Below are positions 9,643 through 17,593 of a stretch of 42,151 bases of DNA, piece by piece (positions within the stretch are counted from its first letter, which is position 1; the number at the start of each line of letters is the position of its first letter). Both the position numbers and the translations under genes were made by a program. The notes under the pieces were generated by a model. It did no database searches. It saw only the letters and a list, made by a program, of their open reading frames with translations, and was not told where the DNA came from. The DNA is from a virus (lineage: Duplodnaviria > Caudoviricetes): positions 1 to 42,151 of IMG/VR virus record IMGVR_UViG_3300043676_000010; one strand, given 5' to 3'.

Positions 9643-9834
9643 ATGAAATCAGGAGATTGGGTTTTAATAATGTTGGCCTTTTGCGTTACCGCTTCAATAC
9701 TGATTACCGTTATTGGTGTTATATTTAAGGGTAAAGAGGCTAATGAGCATTCGGTTATAATCAGGACTGCTGTAATTGACTTATTGAAAATAATAGCCGG
9801 TGGTGTCATTGGCGCAATATCTTCACATTTATGA
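9643..9834 (+). CDS. Small 2-TM protein, putative holin
   Basis: ATG at 9643 preferred over the TTG at 9628; two hydrophobic segments; directly upstream of endolysin. Confidence 0.55.
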   Translation: MKSGDWVLIMLAFCVTASILITVIGVIFKGKEANEHSVIIRTAVIDLLKIIAGGVIGAISSHL

Positions 9835-10409
9835 TAACTGAAAAAGCCTTTAACGATTCAGCGACACTTTTAGGAGTTGAACCGGCAACAATCAAAGCAG
9901 TTGCAGAAGTTGAAAGCTCCGGTGATGGGTTTCTTCCTTCAGGCCATCCTAAAATCCTTTTTGAGCCTCATAAGTTTTGGCAACAATTAAAAGCTCGTGG
10001 AATTGACCCTACAAAGATCACAGGGGCTTCAGATATTCTTTATAAGGATTGGGGAAGTAAACCCTACGGTAAAAATTCAGCTCAGCCTGAACGATTAGAA
10101 AGGGCAATAAAGATAAATAAGGATGCTGCCTTGAGTTCTGCAAGTTGGGGCAAGTTCCAAATCATGGGCTTCAATTACGAATTAGCCGGATTTGCTACTT
10201 TAGATGCTTTTGTTGCAGCCATGCACATTGACGAGGATCAGCATTTGTTTGCTTTTATAAACTTTGTAAAAAGTAAGAACCTTGTTGATGAACTTCAAAG
10301 AAAACATTGGGCTGGCTTTGCGAAGGTTTACAACGGATCGGGGTACAAGGCGAATAAGTATGATGAGAAGTTGGCGGCGGCATATAATAAATTCAAAGCA
10401 AGTCTCTAA
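9831..10409 (+). CDS. Endolysin, N-acetylmuramidase (DUF3380/Muraidase family)
   Basis: AVAEVES, PKILFEPH, SASWGKFQIMGFNY, FAKVYNG motifs. Confidence 0.9.
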   Translation: MITEKAFNDSATLLGVEPATIKAVAEVESSGDGFLPSGHPKILFEPHKFWQQLKARGIDPTKITGASDILYKDWGSKPYGKNSAQPERLERAIKINKDAALSSASWGKFQIMGFNYELAGFATLDAFVAAMHIDEDQHLFAFINFVKSKNLVDELQRKHWAGFAKVYNGSGYKANKYDEKLAAAYNKFKASL

Positions 10410-10788
10410 TTTCAGACAAGTAAGACATTTCAGTATTTGGACGAGGAATGTAATCTTCTGAATCTCCATCTTGAACATCAGCCCTATCATCAAAATAATC
10501 TTCAAGTCTGCTTAATAATTCTTTCAGTCTTTCTATTTCTTGGTCTTTCTCCTTTAATGAGGATTGGAGGGCGGTGATTTGTTCCCGTTGTTTTGACATG
10601 GTTATATCGTCTTCATTGTGTAAATCTTGGAAGTATTCGTTTTGCTTTTCCAATTCTTCCCGCCCATCGGTTGCAAGTTGGGCAATAGAAGATGCGCTAT
10701 GATAAATTACCCATTCACCATTTCTGTAAATTGAAATAGATTCTTTGCTTGGACTTTCCATTATCATTCCCTCTTTTTCTGTTTCCAT
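10393..10788 (-). CDS. Hypothetical protein (coiled coil)
   Basis: Last ORF of the leftward block, converging on the endolysin. Confidence 0.6.
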   Translation of the reverse strand: METEKEGMIMESPSKESISIYRNGEWVIYHSASSIAQLATDGREELEKQNEYFQDLHNEDDITMSKQREQITALQSSLKEKDQEIERLKELLSRLEDYFDDRADVQDGDSEDYIPRPNTEMSYLSEIRDLL

Positions 10789-10799
10789 TAATTAAAATT

Positions 10800-11045
10800 T
10801 TAATATCGTTTTCCACAATTATTACAATAAGAATATCCGGCAACCATTGTGAACCCTTTTTCTTTTTTACATTCACATACCCACCCCTTTTCCAATTTTT
10901 CCCCATCGGTTGCAAACAATTTAATTATTTCATCGGCAAATATTGATTTATATTCTCCTCGTTGTTCGGCATCGTCGGTTTCTCTTATATAATCGTAATA
11001 TTTATTAAACAGTTTTTTTACTTCCTCTTTCGGTATAGTTGACAT
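10800..11045 (-). CDS. Hypothetical protein with C-terminal Cys cluster
   Basis: CEC...CNNCG possible Zn ribbon. Confidence 0.6.
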   Translation of the reverse strand: MSTIPKEEVKKLFNKYYDYIRETDDAEQRGEYKSIFADEIIKLFATDGEKLEKGWVCECKKEKGFTMVAGYSYCNNCGKRY

Positions 11046-11056
11046 AAATTATAATT

Positions 11057-11287
11057 TTAATTGGTTAGGTACTCTTTTGGTAATGTTCTTTTGCAGCCGC
11101 CAAAGGTGTTATCGTTAAGGCACTCCCCTGTTTTTTTATCAAACCTATATTCTGGTTCTCCTGCATCAACTTGGATATAATCTTTCCCAATCTTAGATAC
11201 AAACGTTTCCTCTTGGCTAATCAGGCCAAAGCCATGAAAGTTGAATTTTATTTTATCCCCTTTTTTTATCTTCGGTATAGTTGACAT
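11057..11287 (-). CDS. Hypothetical protein
   Basis: Tight packing; same MSTIPK start as neighbour. Confidence 0.6.
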   Translation of the reverse strand: MSTIPKIKKGDKIKFNFHGFGLISQEETFVSKIGKDYIQVDAGEPEYRFDKKTGECLNDNTFGGCKRTLPKEYLTN

Positions 11288-11292
11288 TGTTT

Positions 11293-11520
11293 TTATTTTT
11301 GGTTTGAGTGGTTGACAATAATTGTAATTCGTTCACAATCTTTTGGGTCAATAAGTTTTCCTTTATGAGTCCCATTAATTACTTCATAAACTGAAGGCCA
11401 TTGCTTTGATTTAATTACATTAAACCATTGCCCCGCTTTGCCTGCGTACCAAATTGCCGGAAAAGCCCTGTCTGAGCCTTCCTTTGTAATCGTTACGGTA
11501 AACGGTTTGTTGTCCTTCAT
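11293..11520 (-). CDS. Hypothetical protein
   Basis: Packing and A-rich upstream region. Confidence 0.55.
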   Translation of the reverse strand: MKDNKPFTVTITKEGSDRAFPAIWYAGKAGQWFNVIKSKQWPSVYEVINGTHKGKLIDPKDCERITIIVNHSNQK

Positions 11521-11641
11521 AATTTTTATTTTTTATCCCCCGAAAGGGTTTTGTTTAATTTGTTTGTCAGCTTCATTGCTACTATTGGGCATCGTTGCGA
11601 CGCTCCGTTCAGGGTTCTGTTCGCTATTAGGCAATAAAACG

Positions 11642-11802
11642 TGGGGAGAGGCGGAATCAAACCGCCGACCTTCAGATTATCAGTCTGACGCTCTACCAAC
11701 TACAAGGCTTCCGAATTAATTAGATACTTCCACCTTGTATAACATATCCTTTCCCGACTGCGCACTTTCGGTACTTACTTTTTGTTACTGAGCTATCTCC
11801 CC
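11642..11802 (-). tRNA. trnI: tRNA-Ile(GAT)-like gene interrupted by an 88-nt D-loop insert
   Basis: Acceptor GGGGAGA/TCTCCCC, D stem GCTC/GAGC, anticodon stem TCAGA/TCTGA with CT-GAT-AA loop, T stem GGCGG/CCGCC; segments 11802-11787 and 11698-11642 total 73 nt; no encoded CCA. Confidence 0.85.
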
Positions 11803-11809
11803 CGTTTTA

Positions 11810-12088
11810 TCAAATAACTTTTCTTGCATCGGCTAACGTTAAAACTATCGGCTCTTTCTTGTGGTTCATATTGTTAAAAATCTTTATTATCATATCATCC
11901 TTACCCCACTTATTAAAAGCCCAAATCAAATGCTTCGCCGATTGTCTTATTGCTTCTTCTTTCGTTTGCGCCCATTCGCTTTCGTAAGGCGTTTCTCCAT
12001 CTAAAGAATAAGTCTGCCATTGGTAGCGCATCCTTGCTGAAGGATTGCCCCTGCGTTCATCGTTTTCAATTTCTAATTCGTAGCCCAT
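11810..12088 (-). CDS. Hypothetical protein
   Basis: 92 aa ORF between structured leader and tRNA. Confidence 0.6.
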   Translation of the reverse strand: MGYELEIENDERRGNPSARMRYQWQTYSLDGETPYESEWAQTKEEAIRQSAKHLIWAFNKWGKDDMIIKIFNNMNHKKEPIVLTLADARKVI

Positions 12089-12229
12089 AAATATAAAAGC
12101 CCCGTGTGTAGAAGGCTTATCAATCTTATTCTCGTAAGAGAGAGATTGCGACTACACGCCGGAGCGTATTTTAAATGTAATAAATTTCTTGAAAACACGA
12201 CAATAAAATTGATAAGCACTACTAATATA
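12089..12229 (-). promoter_or_regulatory. TATATTAG box plus structured leader (element A)
   Basis: Box 12229-12222; 10-bp inverted repeat 12208-12217/12115-12124 interleaved with stem 12152-12165/12099-12111, then a U-run. Confidence 0.6.
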
Positions 12230-12382
12230 CGAAAAATATTTGACATAATGAAATTTATTTTTCTCATAGCTGAATAGAATTACTGAACGATGAAAGGATT
12301 GCGACGCAACAGGCGATGCTATGAAAAACTTTTGTTGGTATCATAACTTTTTATAATTCCCCCGTCTAAAGACGGAAGCGGT

Positions 12383-13000
12383 TTAGAGATTGTTTTCGGT
12401 TTTGAATTGTTGCCAAACGGGTTCTGTAAAAAACATTAAGCCTTTTCTATTAGCCTTGTGTTTATCCAATAATAGCCATACCGAATTGGTAGATAATTTA
12501 ACCCCGATTGAAGCCCTTTTTATTGAGTTAAATTGCCCAACCAATTCTTTTGTTTTTGAATTATACACAATAACGGGGATACAGCTTTTTCTTAACCCGG
12601 TATCAACCGCATGATCGTGGTTCTCTTTGTTGGTTGACCATTCAAGATTTCTGTAATAATCATTGGTCTTTACTGTATCAATATGGTTTACCTGTTTTTT
12701 CTTTTCGGGGTTGGGATGCCATGCAGTACAAACCAATCTGCTGACTTTCTTATTCTTGGACTCCCCGTTTTTCCACAACGAAACTATATTATAACCAAAC
12801 CTATTTACTGTTTTTGCAATCAGTTGCGATTTTAGCGTTCTGTAACCATTTTTCGTTTTGGCTAATCTTTTAACCGACCTTATTCTGCCAAATGAGCTAA
12901 CCTCATATACGCCTTCATATCCGGCAATATCTGTAAAGTATTCGTACTCGCCCAATAGCGGCAATATTGGCCTCGGCTTATTTATTGTTTCTAAGTTCAT
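12383..13000 (-). CDS. NUMOD4-HNH homing endonuclease
   Basis: DIAGYEGVYEVSSFGRIRS (NUMOD4); VNHIDTVKTND...NLEW (HNH); C-terminal NUMOD1-like FNSIKRAS. Confidence 0.9.
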   Translation of the reverse strand: MNLETINKPRPILPLLGEYEYFTDIAGYEGVYEVSSFGRIRSVKRLAKTKNGYRTLKSQLIAKTVNRFGYNIVSLWKNGESKNKKVSRLVCTAWHPNPEKKKQVNHIDTVKTNDYYRNLEWSTNKENHDHAVDTGLRKSCIPVIVYNSKTKELVGQFNSIKRASIGVKLSTNSVWLLLDKHKANRKGLMFFTEPVWQQFKTENNL

Positions 13001-13502
13001 TTATTTCGTTTTTCAATCTTTCAACTTCCTTTTTCAACTCCTCACAGTCTCGGTCACCTGTGGGGGAGGGGGTTTGGGATTTTAGTTGTTCATGTTCATA
13101 TTCTTCGGCGGTTATTAATACCGACTCAACTTGTTCCATACTCAATCCTTCGCCCCAGTCTTTTTCATTAACCTTCTCTGTAAATTCTCTAAGGAAGTCT
13201 GAATTATAACTCCATCCTGCTTCATCCGGTTCTTGTTGCTTAATCCGTTTCATAACTATATTTACTTTTTCTGAAGAAGTAGCACAGGGTTCTATGGATT
13301 CCATATTTCTCAATAAATCTTCGAGTTCGTGTCTGCGTTCAGTTAAAAAATTACTCGTTTCTCTTGCTACCATTCTTTCTAATGCCCGAGTAATATTGCC
13401 CCATCTTTTTTCGCAAACTTCTGCATCCGCTTTTTTCAAATAATCAATTCTTTCTTGTATGGCTTTCGTCCATCTGCATCCCTGCCTATTATTATTTTCC
13501 AT
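12978..13502 (-). CDS. Hypothetical protein (mosaic)
   Basis: 174 aa ORF overlapping the HNH start. Confidence 0.6.
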   Translation of the reverse strand: MENNNRQGCRWTKAIQERIDYLKKADAEVCEKRWGNITRALERMVARETSNFLTERRHELEDLLRNMESIEPCATSSEKVNIVMKRIKQQEPDEAGWSYNSDFLREFTEKVNEKDWGEGLSMEQVESVLITAEEYEHEQLKSQTPSPTGDRDCEELKKEVERLKNEINELRNNK

Positions 13503-13504
13503 GA

Positions 13505-13702
13505 TTACCGTTTTTGGGTGTTATGAATTTTGTGTATCGAATGATTGACATAATATCTTAGTTCTTTGTTTAATTTTTCGGCAAGTTCTTTTGCCTCACC
13601 AAGTGTTAAATCACTACCAACAGTTCTTTCGTAATGATCGTCGAAATATCTTCTAACTTCATATCTATCATTACTTGTGTCTATTGCTGTTTTATTTTCC
13701 AT
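13505..13702 (-). CDS. Hypothetical protein
   Basis: 2-nt spacing to neighbours. Confidence 0.6.
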   Translation of the reverse strand: MENKTAIDTSNDRYEVRRYFDDHYERTVGSDLTLGEAKELAEKLNKELRYYVNHSIHKIHNTQKR

Positions 13703-13704
13703 GA

Positions 13705-14064
13705 TTAAATGTTTGAGGGTTTATTAGGTAGTGGCATTGATTTCCATCTTCTGTATAATTCACCCGTAGAAACATATTCTTGAGGGCTAACGCCACTATC
13801 CCACCAACCCTCGTTGTACATTGAATATCTTCTTTGGTTGTAAATCCAATAATGAAAATCAATAGCTTCTTTTTTTACTTTTTCTTCCCATCCCTGCCTA
13901 TTGAGGGAGGCGGCATGAGATTCTTTGGCATATTGTAAAAGGCTTACGATTCCATTATAGCCAGCGATATATTGATTATCTTCTGACTCGTCTTTAAGCA
14001 TTGCAATCGCCCTATCAATGTAGATATTGGCATCAACTTTATTTCGTTCAATAGTAGGTGTCAT
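13705..14064 (-). CDS. Hypothetical protein
   Basis: Operon packing. Confidence 0.6.
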   Translation of the reverse strand: MTPTIERNKVDANIYIDRAIAMLKDESEDNQYIAGYNGIVSLLQYAKESHAASLNRQGWEEKVKKEAIDFHYWIYNQRRYSMYNEGWWDSGVSPQEYVSTGELYRRWKSMPLPNKPSNI

Positions 14065-14070
14065 AGTCTT

Positions 14071-14292
14071 TTATTGTTTGTAGGTTGAATTGAAATATTC
14101 GTAGGCTGCGTCATTTTCAGAATACTGGTCGTCGTTCCCAAGCCCATTGAGCCAAGCATTTACTATCTGGGTCTTTTCTTTTTCTAAAAGGTATTTAGCC
14201 TCGTCCAGAATATCTTTTTGTGACCCTCTGTTATCCAGAATAAACTGAATTAAATCCATCATTGCCGTCTTGGTAGGCTTGTCTTGTGTCAT
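14071..14292 (-). CDS. Hypothetical protein
   Basis: Start at 14292 (MTQDKPTK) preferred because the longer version runs through a terminator hairpin. Confidence 0.55.
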   Translation of the reverse strand: MTQDKPTKTAMMDLIQFILDNRGSQKDILDEAKYLLEKEKTQIVNAWLNGLGNDDQYSENDAAYEYFNSTYKQ

Positions 14293-14302
14293 ATATTTAA
14301 TT

Positions 14303-14336
14303 TTAAAAAGGGGATCGGCCAAACCAAATCCCCTGC
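14303..14336 (-). terminator. Putative terminator
   Basis: Minus strand AGGGGAT...ATCCCCT followed by a T-run. Confidence 0.55.
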
Positions 14337-14338
14337 TA

Positions 14339-14590
14339 CTAAATATCATCTTGCTTAGTTTCTATCATTTCAGTCTGCTCCAAATTCGGCAAGTAAGATC
14401 CGCTACGACCTGTAATATCTTTCGTTTCCTGGTTTCTGAAATCATTACTGAACTGTTTCCAAAGTTTCCCGTAGTCAGGTAGTCGTTTGATCCGCTCGTA
14501 GGCTTCGTATGGTTTACCGAAGTAATCTAACTTAGTTACTTTAGTGTGGTCGGGTAAGATCCAGTCGGAGGGGCGTTGGGTGTCTGACAT
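14339..14590 (-). CDS. Hypothetical protein
   Basis: 83 aa ORF in leftward block. Confidence 0.55.
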   Translation of the reverse strand: MSDTQRPSDWILPDHTKVTKLDYFGKPYEAYERIKRLPDYGKLWKQFSNDFRNQETKDITGRSGSYLPNLEQTEMIETKQDDI

Positions 14591-14595
14591 GGGGG

Positions 14596-14760
14596 TTAAT
14601 TTAAACAGTTATGAAAATGAATTACCTTAAACATTGATTGCATAATAAAAGAATGTGATTTGAATGGAGCTTTATTGTGATTACCTAACACTCCAACATA
14701 TATAAATCTAAGATGAGCAAACTTAGTTGCGTCAAATTGGTAAACTGCGAAGTGGTTCAT
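14596..14760 (-). CDS. Small hypothetical protein (54 aa, not in ORF track)
   Basis: MNHFAVYQFDATK...; fills the gap in the leftward block. Confidence 0.4.
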   Translation of the reverse strand: MNHFAVYQFDATKFAHLRFIYVGVLGNHNKAPFKSHSFIMQSMFKVIHFHNCLN

Positions 14761-14771
14761 ATAAATATATT

Positions 14772-14897
14772 TTAAAGGTTAGAAATAGATTTTGCAGAAA
14801 CTTTCATACCACAGTTTTTAAGCTCTTCACGAATAGCCTTAGAACGTTTTTTCATTCTGTATTCGTTTTTAGTTAATTTCTTTTTTGTGTACTTCAT
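14772..14897 (-). CDS. Small basic protein (41 aa, not in ORF track)
   Basis: MKYTKKKLTKNEYRMKKRSK... Confidence 0.45.
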   Translation of the reverse strand: MKYTKKKLTKNEYRMKKRSKAIREELKNCGMKVSAKSISNL

Positions 14898-14950
14898 AAT
14901 CTTAGGTTTTAAAAGCCGCCCTACTTTCGATTCGGGCGAACTCTAACTAT

Positions 14951-15244
14951 TTAAATTCCTTCATAATGACCATAACGATCAGAAGGATCATATTTATCAG
15001 CTTCGTCCATTTCTTGTTGAAAAATTTGGTCATATATAGCCTGACCTTTTGCATTGTAACCATTCCATCCAGACAGCTTTTTGTGCAATGCTTTCCCGTT
15101 ATCGGTAGGTTTAACATTAACACTAAGATTTGCAGACATAAAAGCAGTAAACCAATCTTGCTTATTAAGCCATTGTTGATACCATTTAGGAGTATCACAA
15201 AAGCGTTGGCCTTTAAATTTGCCGAAGGTTAGAGTAGTTGTCAT
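14951..15244 (-). CDS. FGKxKG-motif protein (DUF3820/QSregVF_b-like)
   Basis: LTFGKFKGQRFCDTPKWYQQWL. Confidence 0.65.
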   Translation of the reverse strand: MTTTLTFGKFKGQRFCDTPKWYQQWLNKQDWFTAFMSANLSVNVKPTDNGKALHKKLSGWNGYNAKGQAIYDQIFQQEMDEADKYDPSDRYGHYEGI

Positions 15245-15314
15245 TTTGTTAGAGTTTAATTGTGAATTGATATGTAAATATAGTATTATATAACATATAA
15301 TCCCAAAAAAGTTA

Positions 15315-15467
15315 TTAACATTCTGGAAGCACCCCCTCAGTCAGTGCTTTAGTAAGATCAGGATATTTGGTAAGAATCTTCTTTTTGTCCGACCCCCTTA
15401 TATATACATATTCAGTCTTAACTTTATCACTTTCTTTTGGACGGCCTACTTTTTTCTTTTTTGCCAT
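15315..15467 (-). CDS. Small DNA-binding protein, candidate regulator (50 aa, not in ORF track)
   Basis: MAKKKKVGRPKESDKVKTEYVYIR..., AT-hook-like GRPK followed by an RHH-like strand; first gene left of the divergence point. Confidence 0.6.
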   Translation of the reverse strand: MAKKKKVGRPKESDKVKTEYVYIRGSDKKKILTKYPDLTKALTEGVLPEC

Positions 15468-15482
15468 AATAGTAATTTTATA

Positions 15483-15550
15483 CAATATTAAAGTTTTTTT
15501 ATTATATAGTAAAATAAATTTTTTAGTTTCAAAAGTATTATATAATATTG
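15483..15550. promoter_or_regulatory. Back-to-back divergent promoters
   Basis: TAATATTG on minus (15490-15483) and plus (15543-15550), one mismatch from the Bacteroidota TAnnTTTG box. Confidence 0.55.
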
Positions 15551-15568
15551 CTTTCTAAACTCAAACAA

Positions 15569-15739
15569 ATGGACATCACCCAACAAATAATCAACATCAC
15601 AAAAGCCGGAGCTTACGATGTAGTAGTTAATCACAGAAACGAACTACTGGAAGAAAACGCAAAGTTGAAAGAGCGTGTTAAGTATCTGGAAAACCTGATC
15701 AAAGAATATTCTGATAAAATGTTAAACCAAATAAAATGA
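15569..15739 (+). CDS. Small coiled-coil protein
   Basis: ATG 15569 after A-rich leader. Confidence 0.55.
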   Translation: MDITQQIINITKAGAYDVVVNHRNELLEENAKLKERVKYLENLIKEYSDKMLNQIK

Positions 15740-15861
15740 TCTACGCATTCCTTCTCTCCGTCATCATCAACATCCTTCTCTGTTCATGGATCGCTATAAT
15801 AACTACGAAACAGAGCAGGATAGAATCAGATTTCGATGAACATGATATTTATAATAATTAA
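15736..15861 (+). CDS. Small membrane protein (41 aa, not in ORF track)
   Basis: MIYAFLLSVIINILLCSWIAII; ATGA overlap. Confidence 0.5.
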   Translation: MIYAFLLSVIINILLCSWIAIITTKQSRIESDFDEHDIYNN

Positions 15862-15864
15862 TTT

Positions 15865-16050
15865 ATGAAAGTATTAATACACTTTGAAGGTGATCCATCA
15901 GTAGGAATATTTTCTTACTCATTCGATATGACTATTCCAGAATTTGAGCCAGAATATAGAGAAGATACAAGGGCAATGATTAAAAATCTTTATACTGAAT
16001 TAGATGGAGAATTTTATCCAAAAGTATATTTTGAAGATGAAAAATATTAA
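15865..16050 (+). CDS. Hypothetical protein
   Basis: Operon packing. Confidence 0.6.
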   Translation: MKVLIHFEGDPSVGIFSYSFDMTIPEFEPEYREDTRAMIKNLYTELDGEFYPKVYFEDEKY

Positions 16051-16053
16051 GTT

Positions 16054-16404
16054 ATGAATGAAATGTGTAAAAATTGTGGCGCATGGTGGGGATTACACCA
16101 TTATGAAACAAACCAATGCCCGCTTAACGGAGTTGAAGAAATAAGGGAAGGACATAAACAGCAATATGCAAGCACTATTTTTGAGCCTGAAAATACGGTA
16201 GCATCATTACCTATTGTTATAAGTGACTTAAATGTAGTTGAATTTTCAAGTTCATTATATGATAAGTGGACTTTAAAAATAGATGGCAGAGAAATTATGA
16301 CAAAAGATTTATTTATGTTAGCAATTCAAGATATTATTAAACCTCTAAATTTTAAACAATGCAACTCCAAAAAGCGACCCGGAAGAAATCAAAGCTACGG
16401 CTGA
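16054..16404 (+). CDS. Hypothetical protein with N-terminal CxxC..H..C motif
   Basis: CKNCGAWWGLHH...CP. Confidence 0.5.
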   Translation: MNEMCKNCGAWWGLHHYETNQCPLNGVEEIREGHKQQYASTIFEPENTVASLPIVISDLNVVEFSSSLYDKWTLKIDGREIMTKDLFMLAIQDIIKPLNFKQCNSKKRPGRNQSYG

Positions 16405-17240
16405 ATCTATCCGGCCCGGCTGGTAGCGGGAAAACCTACTCAGCGTTACTGATGGCAAAAGGTCTTATCGGATCTTGGGATAAGATAGCTGTAATTGATA
16501 CAGAGAATGGCTCAGCCTCGCTGTACTCCCATTTAGGTGACTTCAATACTATTGACTTACAACCACCCTACACACCTGAAAGGTATAATGAGGCAATAGA
16601 TGCTTGTATATCCGGTGGTATTGAGTGTATCATTATTGATAGCAGTTCACACGAATGGTCTGGTACTGGTGGCTGTATAGAGATCAATGAGAAGTTAGCT
16701 CAAAGTAAATTTAAGGGCAATACCTGGTCAGCATGGAGCCAAACAACTCCCCGTCATGACAGCTTTGTTAATAAAGTTCTACAAGCTCCTGTCCATATTA
16801 TTACTTGTACTCGTAGCAAGATGGAAACTGTAATGACCGATGATAAGAAGGTAAAGAAGTTGGGGATGAAAGATATTCAGCGTGAAGGTTGGGAATACGA
16901 ACTTACAGTATCATTGAATATTGACAGAGATACTCACATGGCTATGGCTTCAAAGGATCGTACTAATTTATTTGAAGGAAAAGATCCGTTTGTGATTACT
17001 GAGAAAATAGGTAAGGCCATATTGAAGTGGTGCGAGACAGGGGTTGAAGCAGTAAAGCCAGACAAGGGTGGACCTAACGAACACTTCTACGAAACCTGGC
17101 AGAAAGAAGTTGATTCAATGGACACAGCAACCAAACTTCGCCAGCTGTACGACGTTCACGCAGCAACGGTATCTGAAGATGAGAAACTGAAAGGGATGTT
17201 CAAAACTAAACAGGCAACTTTTAAAACGCAAGCGGTATGA
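16359..17240 (+). CDS. AAA_24 family ATPase (Sak4-like recombination protein)
   Basis: Walker A GPAGSGKT, IDTENGS, IIIDSSSHEW. Confidence 0.85.
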   Translation: MQLQKATRKKSKLRLNLSGPAGSGKTYSALLMAKGLIGSWDKIAVIDTENGSASLYSHLGDFNTIDLQPPYTPERYNEAIDACISGGIECIIIDSSSHEWSGTGGCIEINEKLAQSKFKGNTWSAWSQTTPRHDSFVNKVLQAPVHIITCTRSKMETVMTDDKKVKKLGMKDIQREGWEYELTVSLNIDRDTHMAMASKDRTNLFEGKDPFVITEKIGKAILKWCETGVEAVKPDKGGPNEHFYETWQKEVDSMDTATKLRQLYDVHAATVSEDEKLKGMFKTKQATFKTQAV

Positions 17241-17593
17241 AATCAACCGATATCTTTATAGCTAACTATTTCGCACTTCCAGGTTTAAAGTTTGATGTTA
17301 AGTTTTTCGGGACTAAAAGTGTAACTAAGATCATAAATACCGTATCACAATTCTTAGATGTTGATATTTCGTTAATGAAAAAGAAAACCAGAAAGCGTGA
17401 GATAGTTGAGGCAAGACAGATAGCAATGTTTTTTATGCGGAAGCATACAAGGAAAACATTAAAATATATCGGTACTATATTCGGTGGTCGGGATCATACT
17501 ACTGCATACCATGCTTGGAAAACTGTTAACGATCTCTGTTTCTCTGACGAACAATATAAACAACGTTTACTTCAAATTGAAAATTTATTATGA
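17237..17593 (+). CDS. Stand-alone DnaA C-terminal HTH domain protein
   Basis: RKREIVEARQIAMFF...IGTIFGGRDHTT matches DnaA domain IV. Confidence 0.85.
   Translation: MKSTDIFIANYFALPGLKFDVKFFGTKSVTKIINTVSQFLDVDISLMKKKTRKREIVEARQIAMFFMRKHTRKTLKYIGTIFGGRDHTTAYHAWKTVNDLCFSDEQYKQRLLQIENLL

Noticed and set aside
1224-10505. Minus-strand ORFs (1224, 2811, 3648, 4771, 6198, 6741, 8066, 8528, 9615, 10200) and plus-strand 6451
   Set aside because: Shadow frames of well-supported plus-strand genes
11438-11719. 93-aa plus-strand ORF
   Set aside because: Antisense reading of the tRNA and of the 11293-11520 gene
11699-11786. tRNA insert as a group II intron, hammerhead ribozyme or archaeal BHB intron
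   Set aside because: GTGCG is internal and there is no domain V; no CUGANGA core; the possible ACAA/TTGT helix would not give cuts that restore the D-loop
10715-15558. Plus-strand ORFs in the leftward block and minus-strand 10715, 12073, 14947
   Set aside because: Antisense or out-of-frame overlaps of better ORFs; 12073-12267 covers structured leader A
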